Positions 54,426 to 62,243 of a stretch of DNA of 64,000 nt are shown piece by piece. Origin of the DNA: a virus; the IMG/VR virus record IMGVR_UViG_3300029106_000003, positions 1,317 through 65,316 of that record; one strand, written 5' to 3'. Within the stretch, counting starts at the first letter, position 1, and every line of letters starts with the position of its first letter. Made by a program: the position numbers and the translations under genes. Below the pieces are notes generated by a model that worked only from the letters and a program-made list of their open reading frames with translations, made no database searches and was not told the origin of the DNA.

Positions 54426-54962
54426 TCATTTTAAATCGAATATCTTGCTTGAATCCCTAATAGAATCAATAGACATCTTGGCACTCATTTGCCCCATAAA
54501 TTCAGCGAAATCCATCGCCCGATCCCAACTAGACCATCTATGAGTAATCTCTACTAGTTCAAAAGCATTTAGTAATACCAATTTTTCGTTTTTCTCTCTC
54601 AGGTCATTTACAGCATTTCTTACTCTGTGATAAAGCTTGCAATTATATCTTTTTGCGTTATACGGTTCCGCACCTTCTCTTGGTTCAATACTACGATATT
54701 TAACCGAAAACGAAGGAAGTTTATCTTCGCACATTGCATTATATACATCACTCTCTACCGGGCCATATGGCATAGCATAGAAATTATCGAATATATCCAA
54801 AAGGTCATCGCCTCCATCTTTCTTAGGAGCAGCAGCCAAAAACAGCAGCTTCATGGCTGTAAGTTTAGGAAACGGTTTGCCCTTAATCGTTTCATGATTA
54901 TCCCGCCACTCCTCAAAAAGATGGAGCATATAATCAAATGCCTCTATTTTATCTACTTCCAT
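54426..54962 (-). CDS. Second Panacea (DUF4065)-like domain protein
   Basis: KLTAMKLLFLAAAP...FYAMPYGPVESDVY. Confidence 0.6.
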   Translation of the reverse strand: MEVDKIEAFDYMLHLFEEWRDNHETIKGKPFPKLTAMKLLFLAAAPKKDGGDDLLDIFDNFYAMPYGPVESDVYNAMCEDKLPSFSVKYRSIEPREGAEPYNAKRYNCKLYHRVRNAVNDLREKNEKLVLLNAFELVEITHRWSSWDRAMDFAEFMGQMSAKMSIDSIRDSSKIFDLK

Positions 54963-54966
54963 AATT

Positions 54967-55608
54967 TCACTTTACCAGTTCGAAATCATACACAAATACA
55001 TAGGGGTTGTTCTCCCATGTGCCTTTACCGCTTATCTTGTCGATTAAGTATGAATAAGCCCCTTGTGGCGTGCAAAAAGGATCTTTTTTTAATGTCGGAA
55101 TATAATATGCGTCCATAAAATGGGTATCTTCACTGCCGACTTTGCCTTTTATTATTCCCTCTTTCAAACAATCTTCATCTGAAATATCTTGTAACCGTTC
55201 AGCACGTACATTAGTTATGCGGATTTGGTGTGGCATTAGCTCTGGCTTCACATACATTTTATTTGTCCAGCCTGCACCGTTTGGGAATAAATTAGGATTG
55301 CACTCATCATTGTAAAAGGAATTGTAGCTTTGAGCTATGGCTATGATTTCACCTACTTTATACGGGAGTCGGAATATGCTACCACCTTCCAGCTTTGCTC
55401 CATAACCACAGAACTCACAATAAACACTACCATCTTCGTTGACAACCAAACTCATGGGTTTGTCCTTCCAATATGCTGATTTATACCAACAATGTACCGT
55501 AGAACAGTCCTCCGGTTGTGGATTCATTATCCGCCTTGTCTGAGTTTTTATACCTTCAAGTACGGCTTGTGTGAGTCCGTTTTTATCATTGAACATTATT
55601 TTCTTCAT
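54967..55608 (-). CDS. ASCH-like domain protein
   Basis: N-terminus AVLEGIKTQTRRI is typical of ASCH/PUA-like proteins. Confidence 0.55.
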   Translation of the reverse strand: MKKIMFNDKNGLTQAVLEGIKTQTRRIMNPQPEDCSTVHCWYKSAYWKDKPMSLVVNEDGSVYCEFCGYGAKLEGGSIFRLPYKVGEIIAIAQSYNSFYNDECNPNLFPNGAGWTNKMYVKPELMPHQIRITNVRAERLQDISDEDCLKEGIIKGKVGSEDTHFMDAYYIPTLKKDPFCTPQGAYSYLIDKISGKGTWENNPYVFVYDFELVK

Positions 55609-55625
55609 ATTTCAATCGCCATTAA

Positions 55626-55763
55626 TTAAATCCAAATTATAAATACATAATCGCTATTAACTGTACGATTTATATCATTAGTCTCATAAAGCGAAGCTAC
55701 TTTAATAAGTTTTGACTTATCTTCCACTTTTTCAAGTTCGTCAATCAATTCTTGTACTGTCAT
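55626..55763 (-). CDS. Small hypothetical protein (45 aa)
   Basis: Below the track cutoff; MTVQELIDELEKVEDKSKLIKVASL... Confidence 0.35.
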   Translation of the reverse strand: MTVQELIDELEKVEDKSKLIKVASLYETNDINRTVNSDYVFIIWI

Positions 55764-55791
55764 ATTCTTTTCTTTTTAAGTCTTTCAACCT

Positions 55792-56325
55792 CTATTCCTC
55801 CTTTATAATTTCTTTCATGAAACAAATCCAGTGTGTATTAGATCGTTTGCCGGATATATGCCCGAATATTGGTTTTTCAGGTGTGAGTTTGAGAACTTCC
55901 GACACTTTGATGTCGGTCTCGTTCCATTTGAAAATCAAAAATCCTCCGGGTTTCAGGACTCTAAAACATTCTTTAAATCCCTTTGCCAGCATATCACGCC
56001 AATCTGAATACAGAGCTCCATATTTAATTTGTTGGTAGCCTGTTGGCGATGCTTTTTCGTTCAAACTTCCGTACATATCTGCCATCTTTGACTTTCCAGC
56101 ATTCCTTAATAAGTGAGGCGGATCGAAAACTACCATCGAAAAAGATTTATCCTCATAGGGCATATTTGTAAAGTCGGCTTGTATGTCGGGATTTACTTCA
56201 AATAATCTACCATCGCATAAATGAGTAGATACCTTTCGAATGTCTTGAAAAAGAACTCTTTCGTCATGTTTGTCGAAGTAGAACATCTTTCCCCCACAAC
56301 AGGCATCTAATATCGTTTTTCTCAT
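55792..56325 (-). CDS. Small amino-methyltransferase (N6-adenine or N4-cytosine DNA MTase class)
   Basis: Motif I ILDACCGG and motif IV VVFDPPHL. Confidence 0.75.
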   Translation of the reverse strand: MRKTILDACCGGKMFYFDKHDERVLFQDIRKVSTHLCDGRLFEVNPDIQADFTNMPYEDKSFSMVVFDPPHLLRNAGKSKMADMYGSLNEKASPTGYQQIKYGALYSDWRDMLAKGFKECFRVLKPGGFLIFKWNETDIKVSEVLKLTPEKPIFGHISGKRSNTHWICFMKEIIKEE

Positions 56326-56654
56326 TGCTCTCCTCCTTTCTTCAATTCAGCAATGAGGGCATCGGCACATTCTATTGCATATTGCGCTTGTGCCATTGTA
56401 TTTTTGAATCCTGTTGTGTCATTGTTATGTTGTTCAGCAGAAGTCATCATATCTTTGGCTATCTCATACCTGCGTTGCTCCCAATCAATGTTCTTGTGTT
56501 TTTCTTCTTTAATAAATTCAAGCTCTGATTGCACGTATGTACACCAACTACGCTTGTTATCAACATATTGACGCTCCACTCCTCTTTTGGTGATAATATT
56601 TTCTATCCGTGATACCTCTATGACTTCGCCAGTCGATTTAATTTTTGCTTTCAT
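56322..56654 (-). CDS. Hypothetical protein
   Basis: ORF track; ATGA overlap with the next gene. Confidence 0.55.
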   Translation of the reverse strand: MKAKIKSTGEVIEVSRIENIITKRGVERQYVDNKRSWCTYVQSELEFIKEEKHKNIDWEQRRYEIAKDMMTSAEQHNNDTTGFKNTMAQAQYAIECADALIAELKKGGEQ

Positions 56655-56685
56655 TGTTCTCCTCCTTTCATAAGTCCGGTTTCTC

Positions 56686-56907
56686 TCATATCCGTATACT
56701 TTTTACTCTTATTTCCATTAACTCTAATAATGCCTTTCTCAAATCTCTATCCATGCCTACGCCGGAAACATTTTCGAAATAACATTGCCATACTTTCTTA
56801 TGGCTGTCGAAAATGATTAACAGGTCGTGTAACCCGATTGTCGGCTTATGAGACAGTATCTCCGATACGATGTCTTCTAGGGGTTCTGTTGGTGATTCTT
56901 TTTTCAT
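56686..56907 (-). CDS. Hypothetical protein
   Basis: ORF track. Confidence 0.5.
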   Translation of the reverse strand: MKKESPTEPLEDIVSEILSHKPTIGLHDLLIIFDSHKKVWQCYFENVSGVGMDRDLRKALLELMEIRVKSIRI

Positions 56908-56975
56908 AACTTATTGTTGAAATAGTCTTACCCGTAGCCTAATTACTGTATGATCTACATCTAACAACCCTATCC

Positions 56976-57278
56976 TCATAAGTCACTGAGATTAAAAGTT
57001 TTTATTTCCTCCTCGGTGAACCAATATTTGACTTTGAGAGGCCTTATGCTGTAAAGCATTTCGTCGTAGCTATTCCTATTGTATATCTCGTCTAATCGGC
57101 TATATAGTTGCTTAGCTCTGTCTATGTCTTCATAGATAACTCGCTGAACTTCTTCATGAGAACAGTTGATAATATGCATCGAGAAAACATATACTTGGTT
57201 ATTCCTTATGTCAAGATAAATAAATATTACAAGCGTCATAAAAAGAATGGCTAATCCCGCTATCAATGTTATTTCCAT
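56976..57278 (-). CDS. N-terminally membrane-anchored small protein
   Basis: TM ITLIAGLAILFMTLVIFIYL. Confidence 0.55.
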   Translation of the reverse strand: MEITLIAGLAILFMTLVIFIYLDIRNNQVYVFSMHIINCSHEEVQRVIYEDIDRAKQLYSRLDEIYNRNSYDEMLYSIRPLKVKYWFTEEEIKTFNLSDL

Positions 57279-57299
57279 GTCATTTCTCCTTTCTTAATT

Positions 57300-57944
57300 T
57301 TACTTCAAATCATTCATTTCATATCCCATGTTAAACAGCCATTTGAGCTCTTCCCATTCCTCGAACGTGAGGCTGGTGGTTCTGATTCGTTCCCATTCCC
57401 GTTCCTTTCCCTCATGCCTTTTCTTGTCCTCATAGAACCGCAATAGTTTCTCTCTGTCGGCTCTGAATTCTCGAAGAGACCTTGTTATCACCATAGGGTC
57501 GAAAACTCCGTAGAACGTCCCGTAAAGCCCTTGCTTGAACCGCTGGAAGAATACCATGAACTCGGTGAGCTTGAAATCGCCATAGCCGGAGATGATGATA
57601 CGGGCTATCTCCTCGTATTCCTTTTCCGTCATTCCGTCCTTGCGGACTCCCGAAAATTCGGCGAGGTCGAGAAGCTGTATTTCCAGCCACGACTCGGCGA
57701 TGTGACTGCCGAACGTCCTCGACACACGGGCTATGCTCGGAGCCTTGCCGATAAAGCAGCGTTCGAGGCTCTGGCAATAGCGGCCTTGATTGTCGGGGCT
57801 AAAAAGGCAGAGCATATTCTCCCCCGTCTTGTAGGTTGCCAGTATCTCCCGTTGCCAGCTTGGTGGCGATGGCTTCTGCAAACTCTGCATATCGCTCCTG
57901 TTTGGTCTTGGAATTAGGTTTTTGATGGATTCCGGATTGCTCAT
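57300..57944 (-). CDS. Hypothetical replication-module protein (start uncertain)
   Basis: Overlaps the upstream ORF by 146 nt in a GC-rich stretch; alternative ATGs at 57890 and 57815. Confidence 0.5.
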   Translation of the reverse strand: MSNPESIKNLIPRPNRSDMQSLQKPSPPSWQREILATYKTGENMLCLFSPDNQGRYCQSLERCFIGKAPSIARVSRTFGSHIAESWLEIQLLDLAEFSGVRKDGMTEKEYEEIARIIISGYGDFKLTEFMVFFQRFKQGLYGTFYGVFDPMVITRSLREFRADREKLLRFYEDKKRHEGKEREWERIRTTSLTFEEWEELKWLFNMGYEMNDLK

Positions 57945-58596
57945 CTCGTGCTCGTTTTAGTTCGATTATTAACCAGCGGGCAAAGTGTTGTTGTGCATCG
58001 CTGACGCTTTTTCTTGCAATACCCTCGTTTTGAAGTTTACGGATATATGCCTCGATATATAACATCGATTCGTTCTCGTCGATGTGGTTGTTCATCGATA
58101 GCGTTTCTATCCACGTTTGATTTGAGAGTAGTTCTTCACGCAGTTCTGTCAGTGGCTTGTCAACGTCTTTGCCAAAATCATCTTCTTTTTCTTTGCTTCT
58201 CGATAGAGAAGTTTCTTTTAAATCATTATCATTTTCATTATCATTATCATTATCATTTAAGCCCCCACTGGCTCGTTTGGCTCCCACTGGGTTATTTGGG
58301 GTCGAGTGGCTCGTTTGGCTCCCACTGGACTTTGATTTAACCGTTTCAGAGTTTTTGTCATTACCTCCTTTACGCCCGTTGTTCCGGTTTCTCTCGACAA
58401 TGCCCTGATATTTGAGTTCATCTATCTCGAATTGATTCTTGAAAAACTCAAATGCCATTTCAATGTCCTCCTCTACCGTAACCTCCTCGCCAAGTTGATA
58501 TTTGAATATTGCTCGAAACAGCCTGCCCAGTTGTTTGTCCGATAATTTCGATATGGGTTTATAAAATGATTTATAAATCAAAAAGCTGTCTTTCAT
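57799..58596 (-). CDS. DUF6291-like N-terminal domain protein; candidate replication organiser
   Basis: FLIYKSFYKPISKLSDKQLGRLFRAIFKYQLGEE; central low-complexity region containing the DNA repeats. Confidence 0.55.
   Translation of the reverse strand: MKDSFLIYKSFYKPISKLSDKQLGRLFRAIFKYQLGEEVTVEEDIEMAFEFFKNQFEIDELKYQGIVERNRNNGRKGGNDKNSETVKSKSSGSQTSHSTPNNPVGAKRASGGLNDNDNDNENDNDLKETSLSRSKEKEDDFGKDVDKPLTELREELLSNQTWIETLSMNNHIDENESMLYIEAYIRKLQNEGIARKSVSDAQQHFARWLIIELKRARDEQSGIHQKPNSKTKQERYAEFAEAIATKLATGDTGNLQDGGEYALPF
58222..58257. repeat. Hexanucleotide tandem repeat (ATCATT x6, one TTCATT variant)
   Basis: Encodes NDNDNDNENDND within the gene above. Confidence 0.85.
58269..58328. repeat. Two identical 22-bp direct repeats, 38-bp period (iteron-like)
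   Basis: TGGCTCGTTTGGCTCCCACTGG at 58269-58290 and 58307-58328; CCCACTGG occurs 3 times; the repeats are translated in two different frames. Confidence 0.8.
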
Positions 58597-58802
58597 TTAT
58601 TCTCAATATTGATAGTGAATGCCCCCCCGTTCAGGGTCTTGTGCTTGTCAATCTCACCGGTTTTGCATAGCTCGTTTATCTCGGATTTGAGTGACCGGAT
58701 AACCACCGACTGTATTTCGGTAAAGCTCGCTATGGAGGGCTCCTTGTTATTCTTTTTCTTTTCCTCGATAATGGAGGATATAACTTGCTTGGCTATAATC
58801 AT
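58593..58802 (-). CDS. Small hypothetical protein
   Basis: ORF track. Confidence 0.5.
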   Translation of the reverse strand: MIIAKQVISSIIEEKKKNNKEPSIASFTEIQSVVIRSLKSEINELCKTGEIDKHKTLNGGAFTINIENK

Positions 58803-58829
58803 GGCTATTCTTGTTTTAACAATTCTGGG

Positions 58830-59519
58830 TTATGAGAATACAGCCGGCAGGTACTTGTGCCGGTAAACGTTTTTCAGATAGGTTATCATTTGGTCGTAGC
58901 TCTTGATAAAGCCCTCGTTGATAAGGTCGGCGACTTTTCTTTCCAGCTCGTACAATTCCCGCTGTTTCTTTTCTTCGCCGTATTGGTTGCGGATATTCCT
59001 TTCATGCTCGTTGAACACAATCCAGTTCAACGCTTCGCCTACTTTCTGCATGGCTTGGGGCATGAAGTCTTTCCGAACGATCTTTGAAACAGCCGAGCCT
59101 AGTTTGTTGTAGGCATCGCCGGCTTCGTTGCGGTACTTTATCATTTCGTCATAGACGAATTTCAACACCTTAACTTTAAACGACGGGTTAATCCACATTG
59201 CAAAATCGATGAACAGTAAGGGCGACATCCAAACAGCTCCTGCCTCTTTGCTCCCGTCTTTGTTGGTTCTCGATTTATTTATTATAAGTATTTGATTTAT
59301 AGGTTTTTCGGAATTCCGAATTTGATCGTCGTCATTTATAAGAGCTTTTATAAACTCTTTTGTCTTACTGTTTTCGAGATAGTGGTTAACATTTTTCTTG
59401 TGGTTGTTGCCTTCGTTCCACTGTTTCAACAATTCGGATGCACAGAAAAATCCGTCTTTGGTACGTTGGGTCACATCTATGTTACCCATTCGCCTTTTCA
59501 TCAGTTGGTTCGTTTTCAT
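58830..59519 (-). CDS. KilA-N domain DNA-binding protein
   Basis: ...GAVWMSPLLFIDFAMWINPSFKVKVLKFV... KilA-N pattern. Confidence 0.7.
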   Translation of the reverse strand: MKTNQLMKRRMGNIDVTQRTKDGFFCASELLKQWNEGNNHKKNVNHYLENSKTKEFIKALINDDDQIRNSEKPINQILIINKSRTNKDGSKEAGAVWMSPLLFIDFAMWINPSFKVKVLKFVYDEMIKYRNEAGDAYNKLGSAVSKIVRKDFMPQAMQKVGEALNWIVFNEHERNIRNQYGEEKKQRELYELERKVADLINEGFIKSYDQMITYLKNVYRHKYLPAVFS

Positions 59520-59962
59520 AGCGTATTTTTATTTATTGATTTTTGATTGGATAAATTGCAAATACGAAATCCGTGTAGATTTTCGTTTTCTATGCACCAG
59601 CATAACATCTCGTAGGCGGCATCGATAATATCTTCATGTTCGGCAGTGACATAAATGTCTTTATAACAAACCTGTACAAGTAAATCGAATGTGCATTTTA
59701 TCATTAAAGGGCTTGCATACTCATCAATCATTTGTCTGGGCAACAAATCCAAAATATCCTGCAAAGTGAATGTGGGTGCGGTTTCTGCCTCCATATTGTC
59801 AAATTTGTTTGGGACAATACCAAAAGCTAAACTCCAACAATTTTCCACCTCTTTCCCGTCAATTTTGGTAACTTTAACCCAACATGCACTTGCATAGTTT
59901 GTATTTAATCCAAGTTCTTGCAAGTGCTTCATCTGCTCTATTGATAATACTTGTTCGCTCAT
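59516..59962 (-). CDS. Hypothetical protein
   Basis: ORF 59516-60028 trimmed to ATG 59962, after the upstream stop. Confidence 0.55.
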   Translation of the reverse strand: MSEQVLSIEQMKHLQELGLNTNYASACWVKVTKIDGKEVENCWSLAFGIVPNKFDNMEAETAPTFTLQDILDLLPRQMIDEYASPLMIKCTFDLLVQVCYKDIYVTAEHEDIIDAAYEMLCWCIENENLHGFRICNLSNQKSINKNTL

Positions 59963-59973
59963 AATACTAAAAT

Positions 59974-60222
59974 TTACATACCACAAGAAGGTGAATTTAT
60001 GATGTTTTCGTTGTGGCAATATGTGCACATAGATGTCATTGGCGAATAAACTCTACCGCATTTAGGGCATATCCAGCCCTGCATACCGACAAATGTCTGA
60101 GCTTTTTCGAGTCTTGTCATCTCAATAGCTTTTAAGGCATCATCTTCTGAAACTCTACGGTATATATGCCCGCCTGCGCAATCTTCTACGCTTACCGATT
60201 TTATAAATTCTTCTGCTGTCAT
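59974..60222 (-). CDS. Small zinc-ribbon protein
   Basis: CPKCG...CTYCH. Confidence 0.55.
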   Translation of the reverse strand: MTAEEFIKSVSVEDCAGGHIYRRVSEDDALKAIEMTRLEKAQTFVGMQGWICPKCGRVYSPMTSMCTYCHNENIINSPSCGM

Positions 60223-60223
60223 A

Positions 60224-60787
60224 TCATTTGTTTATTTTAGATTCAACGACTTTGTATTTAATGGGCAATCCGGAGCAGGTGATGGCGAGCAGGGCAGAGT
60301 CCCTTTCTTCTTGGTTGCTGCGGGGGCTGTTAAACTCTATCCCGCTCATCTGGCACAACCGCTTCAATTCTTCATGGGTGATCTTGCCGTCTTTCCCTTG
60401 CCAGCACTTGCGCAATGGGGATTGCTCCATGACTTGTATTCCGTAATGCCTCAGCATTTCGACTATCTTGCGACCGGTCTCTTGGTTACGACCTACATGC
60501 TCGCCTTTCTTGGCTGCGCTCGCCCGTGTGTCTTTCGGTGACAAATGCCAGTTGGATTTGTTTTTCCAACCTGCCTCGACATATACCGCCACTCGTTCAT
60601 CGTTTTTATTGCAGTGCTCATGAAGTTTTTTTATGCCCTCTACCAACAAGGGGAATGGGCAAACACTCATCTCCATTTTCATTTTCCTTGTGTCCAATAC
60701 GGAGTAGCCGCTACGCTCCACGTCGGGGTCTATCCCTATCAATACATCGTATTTGAGTTTTCTGTTGTATGTGGCCTGTTCTTCCAT
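60224..60787 (-). CDS. RuvC-like Holliday-junction resolvase
   Basis: LIGIDPDVERSGYSVLD and ...NQEERDSALLA acidic catalytic motifs; ATG 60787. Confidence 0.65.
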   Translation of the reverse strand: MEEQATYNRKLKYDVLIGIDPDVERSGYSVLDTRKMKMEMSVCPFPLLVEGIKKLHEHCNKNDERVAVYVEAGWKNKSNWHLSPKDTRASAAKKGEHVGRNQETGRKIVEMLRHYGIQVMEQSPLRKCWQGKDGKITHEELKRLCQMSGIEFNSPRSNQEERDSALLAITCSGLPIKYKVVESKINK

Positions 60788-60804
60788 TATATTTTGTCTT
60801 TTTA

Positions 60805-61893
60805 TCAGAAAAGTTTCTTTTGTATAGATTCGCATGATTTGTCCGTGAACAGTTTTCGGAATATGTGGAAAAGGACATCTACGACGATACTGTTACCTGC
60901 CATCACATATTGCCTGCTGTCGCTTATTCCCGCATTTTGAATCTTGTTTATATCCGATTCGCTGACACCCATTAACCGGAAACATTCTCTCGGTGTCAGC
61001 CTTCTTATCTTTTCCAGACACAGAAAGTTATTTTCCTGCCACGAGTTGCTTGTTATCGCAGGGCATATCGTGTATGTCCCTCCTTTGTTGAATCCTCTGC
61101 TGCGTTGTATTATCTCGGGTTCCGAATATTCCCCCACGATTATCGAATTGTCGGTCGGACTTAATGCTCCGTTAGCTCTCAGACAATTGGCTGTGCCATC
61201 ACTTGTTTTAGGCAACCATAAAAAGCCTGTTCCTTTTTTTACGTGAGCGATGTTGTGTCTTATGAAACCTTTTATCATTTTCTCGCTCAAAAAATACTTT
61301 TCGTCCACGTCGCATTCGAGAATGTCCCTCAATCTCTTTTCAATGGGTAAGGGTTCCGGGAAATAATACGATTCCGAGTCTCGTATCGAAATCATGAATA
61401 CTCTTTCCCTGTTATGGGGAATGCCGTAGTCTTTCGCATTCAGAACCTTCGTATGGTTCGTGTACCCTAATTGGGAAAGGTATTGTTCCCATGCCGATAA
61501 AAAACACTTGTATTTCCTTCCGGTAAGGGACTTTACATTTTCCATGAGCAGGTATTTCGGCATCTTGGTCTCTATCGCTTTCTCGCATTCCCATAACAGG
61601 CTGCTGCGTGTCCCGCTGCCTTTCTCCAATCCCGCCTGCTTTCCGGCCGTTGAAATGTCCGTGCAGGGGAAAGAATATGTGAACAGGTCGAAGTCGGGAA
61701 CTTTTGCCCAGTCTATATGGCATATATCCCCGAAGTTCCTGTCTCGGTATTGAGGATATACGGCATTATGGGCTTGTATGGCGTACTTGTCGATTTCCGA
61801 CCAGCCGACCAGATCGTAACCGATTCCGAGCCGGTCGAGTGCCATGCACTGGCTGTCATATCCGCTGAATGCTGTAAAGACTTTTAATTGCAT
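60805..61893 (-). CDS. DNA (cytosine-5) methyltransferase
   Basis: Motif I FSGYDSQ, motif IV FPCTDIS, motif VI LMENVKSL, HNRERVF, C-terminal GNSI; ATG 61893. Confidence 0.9.
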   Translation of the reverse strand: MQLKVFTAFSGYDSQCMALDRLGIGYDLVGWSEIDKYAIQAHNAVYPQYRDRNFGDICHIDWAKVPDFDLFTYSFPCTDISTAGKQAGLEKGSGTRSSLLWECEKAIETKMPKYLLMENVKSLTGRKYKCFLSAWEQYLSQLGYTNHTKVLNAKDYGIPHNRERVFMISIRDSESYYFPEPLPIEKRLRDILECDVDEKYFLSEKMIKGFIRHNIAHVKKGTGFLWLPKTSDGTANCLRANGALSPTDNSIIVGEYSEPEIIQRSRGFNKGGTYTICPAITSNSWQENNFLCLEKIRRLTPRECFRLMGVSESDINKIQNAGISDSRQYVMAGNSIVVDVLFHIFRKLFTDKSCESIQKKLF

Positions 61894-61908
61894 ATCTTTC
61901 TCTTTTTG

Positions 61909-62138
61909 TTCGGCAGGCGGGACTCGAACCCGCATGATAGGAGTTTTCCTAAGACTTTCACTTAGTAGTTTTAATTTGTGAGGTTGCGCTCACCGTGCGA
62001 TACTTTCGTATGCCTAAACTCGGAGGAGAATTGTCAAGCGGTAATTTTTATTTTACGGCTACGCCTCTACAAGCTGTGCCATTGCCAACCTATCTATAAG
62101 AGCTACACTTTATCGTATACCAATTCCGACACTGCCGA
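61909..62138 (-). ncRNA. Structured RNA with a tRNA-like domain (acceptor, class-II-like D arm, T arm) split by ~135 nt
   Basis: 5' TCGGCAG-TG-TCGG-AATTGGTAT-ACGA ... GATAGG [135 nt with hairpins] CCTATC-AT-GCGGG-TTCGAGT-CCCGC-CTGCCGA-A 3'. Confidence 0.45.
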
Positions 62139-62243
62139 TACCACCTAAAACACTTATGGCTTATTTCTCCCCGCAGTTCCTTCCTCCGTATGGTGCTCGA
62201 CCACGTACCCGGTTCTGCTTGCGGGAATGTCTCACATTATGTC

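Noticed and set aside
57430-57777. 115-aa minus-strand ORF
   Set aside because: It is an alternative frame inside the 57300-57944 gene in a GC-rich segment, with Arg/Pro-rich shadow composition.
61894-61935. 5' extension of the C5 methyltransferase ORF (MRVRVPPAEQKEKD)
   Set aside because: It overlaps the tRNA-like T arm. The conserved methyltransferase motif I follows directly after the internal ATG at 61893.
61909-62232. tmRNA (ssrA) gene
   Set aside because: The topology is reminiscent, but the acceptor is U1-A72 without a G3-U70 pair, there is no GGGG 5' end, no convincing tag reading frame ending in hydrophobic residues, and the element is about 100-150 nt too short. It is kept only as an unclassified tRNA-like ncRNA.
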